A stretch of 64,000 bases of DNA from Candidatus Latescibacterota bacterium (GCA_965204745.1 OZ242010.1:4736001-4800000); one strand, 5' to 3'. Shown: positions 50,101-60,394, counted from the first letter of the stretch. Translations and numbers: made by a program. The notes: generated by a model from the letters alone, not told the origin.

Positions 50101-50541
50101 GATCCCTCGGGTAGCGACCGAGACTGGGAGGCATATCTCGCATCCCTGCATTTGCCGGAAGATACGTTCGGCGAGTTCAACTCGCCCTATCAGTACATTC
50201 CCGGCAATGACGCGCCCGGCAGTTTCCGCGATTACGGCACGCAATTTGTGCCCATTGAAATCGTCAGTGTAGCCAGCGATTTGCCCGCCAATGGCTTGCC
50301 CGGTGACGCGGAAATCACCCCCGGCTTGCCCGCGGGCCTCGAACCCGACCGCCGCGTTCTGTGGTACGTACAGGAAACCGAGCAGTACCACGAATACCAA
50401 AACGGCTCATGGGCGCAGGCCAATCCGAATTTTGTCGATGAGGTGCTAGACGACAAGTTGTACATCGACATGCCCAACAACGATTTTGTCTGGTTCTTGA
50501 ATCCGCGCCGCATCAACCTGGGCTTGCGGTTCTCGTTCTAA
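47176..50541 (+). CDS. TonB-dependent receptor with carboxypeptidase-regulatory-like N-domain
   Basis: Signal peptide, GKISGKVVD..TGETLPGANV, plug motif GGFNAEYG...SGLVNIVTKEG and C-terminal PRRINLGLRFSF. Confidence 0.9.
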   Translation: MRRVSLLFFGLMVLVAFSASAVVAGSTGKISGKVVDKSTGETLPGANVVIAGTTLGAVTDADGNYFVINVPPGSYAVSASMVGYHKATQANVRVFIDLTTTVNFSGEFGLVEETIELAEITVVAELPVVQPDISANVANISAADVENLPLTSVNEVVRLEAGVLAANNGDLSIRGSDLNEIAFSVDGLSMRDGRENEPYSTVSYTSIKEMSVQSGGFNAEYGNVRSGLVNIVTKEGDKRRYNGDVLLRYSGAQRDYFGPLPNHPMGYFWRPFTDPAVKNVGTHSPESPWDVYTRQQYAHWPGWNTIVRNWASAPQDPYHGVGVKDTGVDESTLPVGELQVDDAIITELFAWYRRKDLEVRNADFDIDLGFGGPLVPGVSDKLGGLRFFASGKRERRAYMIPRSIDQYENDWGRVKVTSDIRTDMKLSVEAMAGEEFGLNPNQSGFPNMWRGNQEMGVRGQDAIWANHVHNTLQIQRNNIGLSFSHVLSPKTFYEFRVQRMNSDYSSDQYPERDLTAVEKTIPRNPDFPAPNPSLQVSEITQNHIGLTAAPDEYFIKNEAFVDGLYLGGHWANSRDNSEVTAWTTRFDITSQRNQVAQFKAGVELIASDYDINHENAQPFFKNNAAPKYIWQRTPRQFAAYLQTKLEFNAMIANLGVRWDRWNGGGEWWVYENFSNAFGAKIGKANLEEALDQAPVKTLSYLSPRLGISFPVTADSKLFFNYGHFRQMLNPHNLFLVDEVNTGAVSRIGNPNHPMPRTINYELGFEQNLFDRYLLRLSGYYKANDDQTNDVRYTNLDQTVSYRLFEPLNYDDIRGFEITVRKRRGRWFGGFVNYTYMQAKDGNFGRDELFENRLSQANFDATSTRHYQNRPVSRPFGRFGLELYTPRDFGPAVSGFYPFGKWDMSFVGSWRVGQYFNWYGPEGGAIAGLTNNVQYKSTRTIDLRLTKQFELMGVRSMFFLDIANVFNLKHLNRNSADPSGSDRDWEAYLASLHLPEDTFGEFNSPYQYIPGNDAPGSFRDYGTQFVPIEIVSVASDLPANGLPGDAEITPGLPAGLEPDRRVLWYVQETEQYHEYQNGSWAQANPNFVDEVLDDKLYIDMPNNDFVWFLNPRRINLGLRFSF

Positions 50542-50602
50542 TCAAAGGACTTACCCCTGGCCTCCCTTTCTCGCAAGATAGGGGGCATCAAAGGAGAAAG
50601 CG

Positions 50603-52771
50603 ATGAATAGACTGTTGAAATCCCTGCCTTGGGCCGGTTTCGCGCTCGCGTTGTTTTGCGGACAGCCGACCGAAGTGCGGGCACAGGCCGACTTGGCGTG
50701 GATGGATGTGGGCGAGTATCACTACCGGTATTCGTCAACCGGAACAGAGCCGTCGATTACCCAGCCCCAATTTCGCGGTTTGGTCAAGTACTGGCCGGGC
50801 ATTTATTTTCGAGAGGGCGGCACGCATGTGCGGTCGCGGCATTATATTGGCGTGAAAGATTTTACGGATGAAAACGGCGATCCCTGGCCGTTTAAGGTCG
50901 CGCGTGCGGGGCCGCGCGTCTTCGACTTGGGCGAGCATTTTGCCCTGCCGATGGAACTGATCGGCAAGTTTCCAAAGCCCGAGGTGTTTGTCGATGGGTT
51001 TCAATCTTTTCCCCGGCCCACCGTGTTGACCCGCGTCGATCCTTCAATTCCGTCAGACAGGATGATCATTCGCGGCGCCCATACCACCGTGGGGGTGACG
51101 TGGGAAGAGAGGATTTACGGATTTTCCAACCCCTATCACGACGACTACCACATCCGGGAAATGACGTGGACGAATACGGGCAATGTCGATGAGGATGACG
51201 AGATCGAATTGCCCGATCAAACCGTGAATGAGATGATGTTGTCCTTTGCGGCCAAGGAACATCTCAATGGGCCGCGCGGGGTGACGGGCGCGGGCGTGTC
51301 GGGCACGATGTGGGATTACGTGGGCGACGGCAAGGAACCGTTGGGCAAATGGGAAGGCATACGCGCGACCCTCGGCTGGATAGGCAATGGCACCAATGTC
51401 TCGTTTCTGAACAGAATTGGCGGCCCGATTTGGCGCGATGGTCGCCGAAGCAGTGTGTATCGCATTGCCGAGGGCGATTCCATCGGGCGCCTCGGCGGGG
51501 CGTATATGCTGACCCGCGCGATTTTGCACGCGGACACGAGCCCGAGCAATCGGGCAAATGATCCGGGCCAGCCCAGAAGCACGGGCTTTCACCGGGGCGG
51601 CGAGCCGATAAGCAATCCGTCGTTTGGCGATGCCGAGCAGATGAGAGACACTTACTATTTTATGCACCCGGATTTGAGCTATGCCGAATATGGCAACCCG
51701 GGCGAAGATGGGCACTTTTTCCCGCACGAGGCGGACCGGTCAGCGCCGGCGATGCCTGCCGGCCCATTTGATTCGGAATCCTGGTACGACCGCATGGGCG
51801 CGCAGGTGAATGTGGATCGCATGCGAAGTGGGGGGATGGTGCCGTGGTTTGCCTTTGGCCCCTACACGCTGGCACCGGGCGAAAGCGTCAAGATGGTCTG
51901 GATCGAAGGGGTACACGGGTTGAATCGGGATGTGTGCGTCGCCGTGGGCAAGGCGTACAAGGATTCGGGGTATGACGATACCCTGCCCATCACGCACAAT
52001 GGACAGACCCACACGAAGAACCGCTGGGCACTGGGCACGCGGGATTCCATCTATCAGATGATCCGCAGGGCCACGGCAAACTGGGAATCCAACTATCAAA
52101 TTCCGCATCCGCCACTGCCGCCCAGTGTGTTCAGAGTGCAATCGGGTTCTGATCAGATCGTGCTTTCCTGGGAGACCTTCCCCAATGCCAATCACACGGG
52201 GTTTGAGATTTGGCGCACGCGCAATTTGTTTGAAAGCAGCGTGCAAGACGAGTGGAAATACAAGTTGATCGCCACGCTGGGGGCCGAGGCCCGCGAGTAC
52301 AAAGACGAGAACGTGGTGCGCGGCCTCAGCTACTTCTACTACATCCAATCCGTGGGGCAGGTGAACAACGACCCCACCGGGATGACGCCGACGGGCAGTG
52401 TGATGAAAAGCAGCCGGTATTACACGCAGACGTACGATCCCGCGTTTTTGAAACGCCCGCCCGGCAGCACGCTGGCCGATGTGCGCGTCGTGCCCAATCC
52501 CTACATTTTGGAAGCGGACCAAAATATTCGCTTCCCGGATCAGCAGGACAAACTGGCGTTTTTTGAAATTCCAGGGGAATGCACGATCCAGATTTTTAGC
52601 GAATTAGGCGAGGCGATTTTCACTATCGAACACACGGATGGCACCGGGGACGAGTTCTGGAACCTGACCACCGAGTCGAATCAAGTGCTCGCCAGCGGCA
52701 TTTATTTCGCCGTTATCAAAGACCTTCAAACCGGCGAAAAGGTAATCAAAAAGTTCGCCGTTATTCGTTAG
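50603..52771 (+). CDS. Exported protein with FN3-like and FlgD/T9SS-CTD-like C-terminal domain
   Basis: Signal peptide; VRVVPNPY...CTIQIFS..GE...WNL...LASGIYF...KFAVIR. Confidence 0.75.
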   Translation: MNRLLKSLPWAGFALALFCGQPTEVRAQADLAWMDVGEYHYRYSSTGTEPSITQPQFRGLVKYWPGIYFREGGTHVRSRHYIGVKDFTDENGDPWPFKVARAGPRVFDLGEHFALPMELIGKFPKPEVFVDGFQSFPRPTVLTRVDPSIPSDRMIIRGAHTTVGVTWEERIYGFSNPYHDDYHIREMTWTNTGNVDEDDEIELPDQTVNEMMLSFAAKEHLNGPRGVTGAGVSGTMWDYVGDGKEPLGKWEGIRATLGWIGNGTNVSFLNRIGGPIWRDGRRSSVYRIAEGDSIGRLGGAYMLTRAILHADTSPSNRANDPGQPRSTGFHRGGEPISNPSFGDAEQMRDTYYFMHPDLSYAEYGNPGEDGHFFPHEADRSAPAMPAGPFDSESWYDRMGAQVNVDRMRSGGMVPWFAFGPYTLAPGESVKMVWIEGVHGLNRDVCVAVGKAYKDSGYDDTLPITHNGQTHTKNRWALGTRDSIYQMIRRATANWESNYQIPHPPLPPSVFRVQSGSDQIVLSWETFPNANHTGFEIWRTRNLFESSVQDEWKYKLIATLGAEAREYKDENVVRGLSYFYYIQSVGQVNNDPTGMTPTGSVMKSSRYYTQTYDPAFLKRPPGSTLADVRVVPNPYILEADQNIRFPDQQDKLAFFEIPGECTIQIFSELGEAIFTIEHTDGTGDEFWNLTTESNQVLASGIYFAVIKDLQTGEKVIKKFAVIR

Positions 52772-52780
52772 AGGTATTCA

Positions 52781-53842
52781 ATGACCAAACGATTTCTCGC
52801 ATTTTTGCTGATGTTGTGTTGCATGGGATTGACGAGTGCAACGGCTGTGTTCGCGCAAGATGTCACGCCTGATCCCGACGATGAGGATTTGCCCGATCCC
52901 GGGCAGGATATTCCGCGCGAACGCCGCGCCCAGACCGGCTTTAAGTTTTTGAGCGTGTCGCCCAGCGCACGCGCCGCTGGCATGGGCGATGCGTATTCCG
53001 CCATGAAAGTGGGCTCGACCGCGATGTTTTACAACCCGGCGACCATGGCCTATCTCGACCACAAAGTTCACTTGGCCGCCGGGCAAGTCCAGTGGATCGC
53101 GGACGTGACTTACAACATGGGCAGTGTCGCGTTGCGTACCGATTGGGGCGTTTTTGGCTTGTCGATAGTCGCCGTGGATTACGGCGATTTTGAGCGCACC
53201 ATCCGCGCCGACAACGATAGGGGATTCATGGACGTGGGCACGTATAGCCCGTCCGCTTGGGCTATGGGCCTCGGCTATGCCCGCGCGATTACGGACCGCT
53301 TTTCCGTGGGCGGCAATATCCGCATTGCCAAGCAATCCCTGGGCGCAGGCCCAGTGGCCCTCGAGGGCACGGCGCCGGTGACGAAGAATTTTGACGAGCG
53401 TTCGACCATCGTCGATTTTGGCGTGCTCTACTGGACCGGCTTCAAGAGTTTGACGCTCGCGCTGAATACGCGCAATTTCTCGCAGGAAAACAAGTATAGC
53501 GAGGAGAGTTTTGAACTCCCGCTGACGTTCCGCATGGGGTTGGCGATGGATCTGATCGATTTCACCACGATAGACGAGAAAGCCCATTCCATGATCGTGT
53601 CGCTAGATACCGAACGCCCGCGCGATTTCTCCGAGCAAATCAAGATCGGCGTCGATTACACGATCATGCAAACCCTGTCTTTGCGCGCTGGGTACGCGTT
53701 GCCGACCGATGAGCAGGGGATTTCCCTGGGCGTTGGCCTCGGCCGCGACCTCGGCGGCGTGGATTTGCGCGTGGACTACGCGTACACGGATTTCGGCGTG
53801 TTCGACTCGGTCAACCGCCTGATGCTTCAAGCGGCGTTCTGA
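52781..53842 (+). CDS. PorV/PorQ-like outer-membrane beta-barrel protein
   Basis: FLSVSPSARAAGMGDAY, FYNPA, LPLTFRMG, LRAGY, VDYAY and a terminal F. Confidence 0.85.
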   Translation: MTKRFLAFLLMLCCMGLTSATAVFAQDVTPDPDDEDLPDPGQDIPRERRAQTGFKFLSVSPSARAAGMGDAYSAMKVGSTAMFYNPATMAYLDHKVHLAAGQVQWIADVTYNMGSVALRTDWGVFGLSIVAVDYGDFERTIRADNDRGFMDVGTYSPSAWAMGLGYARAITDRFSVGGNIRIAKQSLGAGPVALEGTAPVTKNFDERSTIVDFGVLYWTGFKSLTLALNTRNFSQENKYSEESFELPLTFRMGLAMDLIDFTTIDEKAHSMIVSLDTERPRDFSEQIKIGVDYTIMQTLSLRAGYALPTDEQGISLGVGLGRDLGGVDLRVDYAYTDFGVFDSVNRLMLQAAF

Positions 53843-53898
53843 GAAGCGGTAAGAGGGGAGACGCAAGAGCTGTTTAACCCCACAACAGGAGGTTCTCC

Positions 53899-54477
53899 AT
53901 GCATAAACTGATTCTGCTGACAATAGCCGCGTTTTTGATTCTCCCGCCGTCTCTTTCCGCGCAGAACCACTTGTCCCCGTCGCTAGATCCGGATAATGCC
54001 ACAGGCGGTCAAGCGGTCACGCCTGTCAATATCTCTCCCGATCAAGTTGTTTCCATTCTCATGCGGATCGAAGCCAAAATTGACAACTTGGACAAGCGGG
54101 TCGTAAGGCTTGAAGCCAAAGTTGACGACTTGGACAAGCGGGTCATAAGGATCGAAGCCAAAATTGACAACTTGGACAAGCGGGTCACGAGACTCGAAAC
54201 CAAAGTTGACAACTTGGATAAAAAGTTTGACGACTTGGACAAGCGGGTCGTAAGACTCGAAACCAAAGTTGACGACTTAGATGGGCGGGTTGACAATTTG
54301 GGCAATCGACTCGATGGCCTACTATTGATTTTGGTTGCGGGCTTGTTGGGCATGCCGCTTCTCAACAATTGGCTTGAAAAACGAAGGGAAACCAAGCGAT
54401 TGCCGCAAGTGAACAAATCTTCCACGCAACAACCGAGCGGTGTGCGTGTGCCCTCGCGCAGCGAAGTCGAGGTTTAG
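53899..54477 (+). CDS. Heptad-repeat coiled-coil membrane-anchored protein
   Basis: Signal peptide, repeats of (R.E.KVD.LDKRV.) and a C-terminal TM segment; AGGAGG RBS. Confidence 0.7.
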   Translation: MHKLILLTIAAFLILPPSLSAQNHLSPSLDPDNATGGQAVTPVNISPDQVVSILMRIEAKIDNLDKRVVRLEAKVDDLDKRVIRIEAKIDNLDKRVTRLETKVDNLDKKFDDLDKRVVRLETKVDDLDGRVDNLGNRLDGLLLILVAGLLGMPLLNNWLEKRRETKRLPQVNKSSTQQPSGVRVPSRSEVEV

Positions 54478-54590
54478 ACGCCCAGACGCGAATCCGAATA
54501 CAAGGTGACGATGCTCGACAAAGGCCCGGCCTCCAATGAGAACCGGGCTTTTTTCAAAATAGCCATCAACTTGGGACTGACCACTGACCC

Positions 54591-55613
54591 ATGACGCGAA
54601 GAACATTCCTCCAACACAGCCTCATCTCCACGAGCGCGTTGCTCCTCGCGCCACGGACCTTTGCATCAGTACCGCAGGTGATGACCGTGACCGGGCCTAT
54701 CGCGGCTGAGCACATGGGATTCACCCTGCCGCACGAACACATCATGTCCATTTTCGGGGGACAGCCGCGCCGGGTGGCGCAATACGACGAAAAAAAATTA
54801 CTCGCCAAAGTGGTGCCCTATCTCAAGATGTTGCACGCATTTGGCGCGCAGACGATCTGCGACTGCACAGGGGCGTATTTTGGGCGGCGCGTGGATTTGC
54901 TCCAGCGCGTTTCACAGGCCACGGGCGTGCAAATCCTCACCAACACCGGGTATTACGGCGCGGCCCATGACCGCTACGTGCCCGAACACGCTTTTCACGA
55001 GCGCGCGGATCAAATCGCCCAACGCTGGATTGACGAGTGGGAACGCGGCATTGACGGGACGGATATTCGGCCGGGATTTATCAAAATTGGCGTTGACCCC
55101 GGCATGCCATCCGAGATTGACGAGAAACTCATTTTGGCCGCGGGCAAGGCGCATCTCACGACCGGGTTGACGATAGTTTCCCACACGGGTGGCAGCACGG
55201 ACGCAGCGGTTGAACAGGTTGCGATGCTCGAAAAGATGGGCGTGCATCCGAGTGCGTGGGTCTGGGCGCACGCGCAACACGTCATGGATTCGGCGGATTT
55301 GCCCCCGGTTGCGCGGGCGGGCGCGTGGATTGGGCTAGATGGCATTGCCGACAACACGCTGATGCACCACCTCGATTTGTTGCGCCACATGAGGCGGTTT
55401 GGGCTTTTGCACCGGGTTTTGCTTTCCCACGATGGCAATTCATTTCGATATGGCAACCGGCCCTTTAAGCCGTACAATGCCATTTTTGACCAGTTTCTCC
55501 CGCTGATGCAAAAAGCGAATTTCACCGATGCCGACATTCGCCAACTCACCGTGAAAAATCCACGGGAAGCCTTTGCCATCCGGGTTCGCAAAACACAACC
55601 TACTGACAACTGA
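54591..55613 (+). CDS. Phosphotriesterase-family amidohydrolase with Tat signal
   Basis: TRRTFL Tat motif; TLPHEH, GFIKIG, SHTG, WAHA and LLSHD. Confidence 0.88.
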   Translation: MTRRTFLQHSLISTSALLLAPRTFASVPQVMTVTGPIAAEHMGFTLPHEHIMSIFGGQPRRVAQYDEKKLLAKVVPYLKMLHAFGAQTICDCTGAYFGRRVDLLQRVSQATGVQILTNTGYYGAAHDRYVPEHAFHERADQIAQRWIDEWERGIDGTDIRPGFIKIGVDPGMPSEIDEKLILAAGKAHLTTGLTIVSHTGGSTDAAVEQVAMLEKMGVHPSAWVWAHAQHVMDSADLPPVARAGAWIGLDGIADNTLMHHLDLLRHMRRFGLLHRVLLSHDGNSFRYGNRPFKPYNAIFDQFLPLMQKANFTDADIRQLTVKNPREAFAIRVRKTQPTDN

Positions 55614-55615
55614 CC

Positions 55616-57577
55616 ATGGCAGAACGATTAGAACACATAACCTCCGAAAAAGCACCCGTACGCGCCGTGACGCCGAGGGCCATCATCGCATCGGTCAGCG
55701 TGATCGCGGTCAGCGTGTTGTGGAACGAGTGGATGCCGTATTACACGTCTGGATCGAATATCAGCCGCAGCCATTTTCCAATGGCGTTTTTCTTTCCGTT
55801 TTTGACCGCGTGCATCCTCAATTTGGCACTGAACCACCTGCGCCCGGGATTAGGGCTTTCCCGGTCCGAATCGATGGTCGTGCTCGGCGCGGGTTTTGTG
55901 GGTATCGCGCTGGCGTACGACGGATTGACCGGGCACTTTTTCGGGGTTCTGGCCGCGCCCTATTATTTTGCCTCTGTGGAAAATGGGTGGGCGTTGTTGC
56001 ACGACAGCATTCCCCTCTGGCTCGCGCCGTCCAATGCGACCGGTGAAATGACGCGGTTTTTTGAAGGCGGGGGCGGGGCGCCGCCGTGGCGCGTGTGGGC
56101 CGTGCCGGTGTTCTGGTGGATGTGCTTTTTCAGCGCGATGGGGTTTGCGGTCTTTTGTCTGGTGGTGATTTTGCGAAAGCAATGGGTGGATCACGAGCGG
56201 TTGGCCTATCCCCTGGTCGAAGTCGCGCAATCCCTGGCCGAAACCGAAAAGGGCGGGGGCCTGGAAAAGACGGTTCGCTCGCCCTTGTTCTGGATCGCAT
56301 TCTCGCTGGTGATGCTGTTGAAGCTGTGGAATATCGGCTCGTATTTTACGCCGGCATTTCCGCATATCGACATCGAGGAGGCCCTGTGGCAGCCGATTAA
56401 GGATTTTCCGTGGATGGTGAACCGCGTGAGTTTTTACGCCATTGGCTTCGGGTATTTTGCGCGCTTAGAGGTGCTGTTCAGCGTTTGGTTTTTCATTTTG
56501 TTGACCGCGTTTCAGGTGTATGCGTTCAACATTTTTGGGTACCAAATTGGCGCGGCAACCCGGCACTGGACGAGCGATGCCCTGGGCTGGCAAAGCATTG
56601 GCGCGTTGATTTTTTTGGCCGCGTGGGGATTGTGGATGGCGCGGGCGCATTTGAAAGCCGTGGCGCGAAAAGCCCTCTATCCCAACTGCGAGGTAGACGA
56701 CCGCGGCGAGTTGCTGTCCTACCGGGTCGCGGTGTTCGGCCTGTTGGGATCGTTCGCGTTCGTCGTTGCGTGGCTCCATGCGGCGGGCATGCCCTTGTGG
56801 GTGGTGTTCGCATTTTTGATTTTGGCAATGCTGCTGTTTTTGGGGCTTGCGCGGGCCATTGCCGAGTTGGGGTTGGTCTATGTGTATTACCGCATCCAAC
56901 CGCACGATGCTGTGGTGCAGGCATTTGGGTCCGGGATGATAGGATTTTCAGGCGTGGTGGTGCTCGGGTTTATGCATGTGTTCAACCAGTGGCCCGATAT
57001 CGGAAAGGGCTTTTTGATGCCGCCCTTTACGCAAGCGGTGAAAGCCGTGGATAAGGTGGTCAGCCCGCGGCGCATCACCGCAGTGCTGTGGCTGGCGTTG
57101 GTGCTGGGGTTCGCCATTTCCGTGGTGAATACCCTGTATTTGAGTTATGAATACGGCGCGTACAATTTGGGCAACATGGGCATGATGAAGACCGGGCCTG
57201 TGGCCTTTGATTTTGTGAATGCAGAAATCCGCAATCCCATGCGGCCCGGCGGCAATGGCCGGGTGATGTGGGCGCTCATCGGGATGGGCCTGATGGCGAT
57301 TTTGACGACGATTCGCTACTGGGTGCCGTGGTGGCCCCTGCATCCCATTGGCTTGGCCATGCAAGGCAACTACGGCGTGAGCAAGACCGTGTTTTCGGTT
57401 TTTGTCGCGTGGGCGATCAAGGCGGTCGTGATGAAGATGGGCGGCGTGCAATTGTACGAAAAGGGCAAGCCATTCTTCATCGGCCTGCTCACTGCCCAAG
57501 CGGTCAGCACGGGCCTGGTCTTCGTCGTGGATTGGTTCTGGTTCCCGATGCAAGGGCATAATGTGCATAATTTTTGA
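55616..57577 (+). CDS. DUF6785/DUF6784-like polytopic membrane protein
   Basis: ILRKQWVDHERLAYPL, WWPLHPIG and PFFIGL. Confidence 0.75.
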   Translation: MAERLEHITSEKAPVRAVTPRAIIASVSVIAVSVLWNEWMPYYTSGSNISRSHFPMAFFFPFLTACILNLALNHLRPGLGLSRSESMVVLGAGFVGIALAYDGLTGHFFGVLAAPYYFASVENGWALLHDSIPLWLAPSNATGEMTRFFEGGGGAPPWRVWAVPVFWWMCFFSAMGFAVFCLVVILRKQWVDHERLAYPLVEVAQSLAETEKGGGLEKTVRSPLFWIAFSLVMLLKLWNIGSYFTPAFPHIDIEEALWQPIKDFPWMVNRVSFYAIGFGYFARLEVLFSVWFFILLTAFQVYAFNIFGYQIGAATRHWTSDALGWQSIGALIFLAAWGLWMARAHLKAVARKALYPNCEVDDRGELLSYRVAVFGLLGSFAFVVAWLHAAGMPLWVVFAFLILAMLLFLGLARAIAELGLVYVYYRIQPHDAVVQAFGSGMIGFSGVVVLGFMHVFNQWPDIGKGFLMPPFTQAVKAVDKVVSPRRITAVLWLALVLGFAISVVNTLYLSYEYGAYNLGNMGMMKTGPVAFDFVNAEIRNPMRPGGNGRVMWALIGMGLMAILTTIRYWVPWWPLHPIGLAMQGNYGVSKTVFSVFVAWAIKAVVMKMGGVQLYEKGKPFFIGLLTAQAVSTGLVFVVDWFWFPMQGHNVHNF

Positions 57578-57600
57578 CCCAACACCGTGAAGGAAAAAAA

Positions 57601-59004
57601 ATGGAGCGACCCAATATCCTGTTCATCATGACCGATGACCACACCCCGCGTGAAATGAGCAGCTACGGCAATCCGATCTTGCAAACGCCCAACCTCGACC
57701 GCATCGGCAACGAGGGCACGCGGTTCAACAACTGTTTTTCGACCAACGCCCTGTGCGCGCCCGCCCGCGGCACCGTGCTGACCGGATGCTTCTCGCACGT
57801 CCACGGCATTCGGGGCAATTCGGAACGCGCCGACGCCATCGAGCATCTGGATCCCAACGTGCCGACCTTTCCCGAACTGTTGCGCGCGGCCGGCTATCGC
57901 ACCGCATTGTTTGGCAAGTACCACATTCGGCAGGATCCCCGCGGCTTCGATACGTGGTGTATCCACCCCGGCCAAGGCGTGTATTTTGACCCCACGTATA
58001 TCGACAATGGCAAGGAAATCAAAAAGAAGGGCTACGCCACAGATATAACCACGGATATGGCCCTCGCGTTCTTGCGGGAATTGGATGGGGACCAGCCCTT
58101 CTGCTTGGTGTATCAGTTCAAGGCGCCGCACCGCCCATTTACACCCGCGCCCCGACACGCGCACCTCTTTGGCGATGTCGAGATTCCCGTGCCCGAGACG
58201 TACGAGGATGATTTTGCCACGCGCAAAATTGCAGCACTGGCCGAGGATATGAAGTTCGACATCAGCCTTGCCGAGGATTACGACGACCTGCCCGAGGGAT
58301 TGAATGCGCGGGAGAAGAAGGACTGGATCTATCAGCGGTTCATGAAGGATCGGTACCGCACGATTTGCGGGGTAGATGAAAACCTGGGGCGCGTGCTCGA
58401 CTATCTGGACGAAACGGATCAAGCGGGCGATACGCTGGTGATTTACACGTCTGACCACGGGTATTTTTTGGGCGATTACGGTTGGTACGACAAGCGGTTT
58501 ATGTACGAACCGTCCATCCGCATTCCGCTGGTGATGCGGTATCCAAACGCCGGCATTCGCGGGCATGTGACAGACGCGCTGGTGATGAACGTGGATTTCG
58601 CGCCGACGATCCTCGATTTTGCAGGGGTCGAAATTCCCGATGGCATGCAGGGCCAAAGCCTGCGCCCCTTGCTCGAAGGCCGCGAACCCGCCGACTGGCG
58701 CGAGTCCGTTTATTACGCCTATTTTGAAGATTCCTGGGTGCTACACGGCAAAGGCGCCGAGGCCATGTCCGAACCGTCATTCCAATATTTTACCCCGCAC
58801 CGCATTGGCCCGCACCGCGGCGTCCGCACGGCCCGCTACAAGTTGATCGAATATTACGCCGAAGGCGATTACTGGGAATTGTTCGATCTGCAAACCGACC
58901 CGCACGAATTGCAAAACGTGTACGCAGACCCCGCGCACGCGGATTTGGTAGTGGAGTTGAAAGCCGAACTGCGCCGATTGCAAGCGCGGTATGGGGATGA
59001 ATAA
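57601..59004 (+). CDS. Sulfatase
   Basis: RPNILFIMTDDH, CAPAR, GKYH, KAPHR, TSDHG and DKRFMYE. Confidence 0.9.
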   Translation: MERPNILFIMTDDHTPREMSSYGNPILQTPNLDRIGNEGTRFNNCFSTNALCAPARGTVLTGCFSHVHGIRGNSERADAIEHLDPNVPTFPELLRAAGYRTALFGKYHIRQDPRGFDTWCIHPGQGVYFDPTYIDNGKEIKKKGYATDITTDMALAFLRELDGDQPFCLVYQFKAPHRPFTPAPRHAHLFGDVEIPVPETYEDDFATRKIAALAEDMKFDISLAEDYDDLPEGLNAREKKDWIYQRFMKDRYRTICGVDENLGRVLDYLDETDQAGDTLVIYTSDHGYFLGDYGWYDKRFMYEPSIRIPLVMRYPNAGIRGHVTDALVMNVDFAPTILDFAGVEIPDGMQGQSLRPLLEGREPADWRESVYYAYFEDSWVLHGKGAEAMSEPSFQYFTPHRIGPHRGVRTARYKLIEYYAEGDYWELFDLQTDPHELQNVYADPAHADLVVELKAELRRLQARYGDE

Positions 59005-59081
59005 AACGAAAATGAACCGGAAATGAAACGCCGGAAAATCTCATGATACAGCGTAATTTACAGGCAATCGCGTGAAATGAA

Positions 59082-60305
59082 ATGGAAATGACACGGAAAA
59101 ATACAAGCCTCTATACCGTCCCACAACACTGGATACGCTACGATAAAGCGGCCATTTTGGATCTGCTGATCGCCGCCAAAACCGAGGCGGGCATACTGCG
59201 CCAAATGCCTTATCTGCCGCATTGGATCGAGGAAGTACACGAGGAACAACTGCGCCTGGAGGCCGCGGGCACCTCGCGCATTGAAGGGGCCGAGTTCAGC
59301 GAGCACGAACAGACCGAAGCCCTGAAGCCGGACGCGCCCGGGTATTTGACCTATTCCCAACGGCAGTTGCGAGCCGCCGATGCCACGTACCGCTGGTTGC
59401 GTTTGCAACCGGCCGATCGGCCCGTCAATGCCGAATTCATCTTGGAAATTCACAGGCGCATTGTGACCGGTTGTGACGATGATCGATGTGAACCTGGCGC
59501 GTTGCGGCCCGCGGCGTGGAATGTGACCTTTGGGACGCCTCGGTGTCGCGGCGTTGAAGGGGGCGATGATTGCCGCGCTGCTTTTGACGCGCTTTGTCGG
59601 GCCATTGCCGGCGCATTTCGACAGCACGATGGCATTATCCAAGCGATGGCTACCCACTACCATATCGGCGCGATGCACCCCTTCGGCGATGGCAATGGGC
59701 GCACGGCACGCGCTGTGGAAGCATTTATGATGCGGCGTGCCAGCGTCAACGACTTGGTGATGGTCAGCCTGTCCAATTACTACTACGACCACAAAGACGC
59801 GTACTTGACGGCGCTGGACGAATCGCGGCAACGCGGTCACGACCTCACGCCATTTCTCATGTTTGCACTGCCGGCGGTTGCAGAGCGTTGCCGCGCAGTC
59901 GCCGCAAAAATTGTGGTCAACCACCAGCGCACCTTGTTCCGCGAATTTGCCAGATCGTTGTTTGGGCAGTTGCTGATCCCCCGGCGTCGGGTTATCCCTG
60001 AGCGCCAGTTGCAAATTCTCGAGGTTTTGCTAACGGACGGCCCAATGGAATTGAGGTACCTGTTGTATCGAACAGCGATGCATTACAAATCGGTCAAATT
60101 TCCATGGCATGCACAGCTACGGGATGTAGTTGGGCTGTTCAGATTGGATGCCATCGCGATTGAGAATGGACAATTGCAGGTCAACTTGATGTGGCCCCAG
60201 CAGGTTTCAGAATTGGAAGTGTTGGAACGGTACGAAAGCATGTCGGTTGACGTGTCATCGCTTCATCAGGACATGGCGAAATTATCCCGACTGTTGAGCC
60301 GCTGA
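59082..60305 (+). CDS. Fic family protein
   Basis: TSRIEG and HPFGDGNGRTAR. Confidence 0.9.
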   Translation: MEMTRKNTSLYTVPQHWIRYDKAAILDLLIAAKTEAGILRQMPYLPHWIEEVHEEQLRLEAAGTSRIEGAEFSEHEQTEALKPDAPGYLTYSQRQLRAADATYRWLRLQPADRPVNAEFILEIHRRIVTGCDDDRCEPGALRPAAWNVTFGTPRCRGVEGGDDCRAAFDALCRAIAGAFRQHDGIIQAMATHYHIGAMHPFGDGNGRTARAVEAFMMRRASVNDLVMVSLSNYYYDHKDAYLTALDESRQRGHDLTPFLMFALPAVAERCRAVAAKIVVNHQRTLFREFARSLFGQLLIPRRRVIPERQLQILEVLLTDGPMELRYLLYRTAMHYKSVKFPWHAQLRDVVGLFRLDAIAIENGQLQVNLMWPQQVSELEVLERYESMSVDVSSLHQDMAKLSRLLSR

Positions 60306-60394
60306 TAGAATCACTCACTTCAATTTGGTATCACTCGAATTTTCGTGGAACGGAGAAGCGTGTGTAGGCTTCACACTCACCGAGGAGGCAAAGC

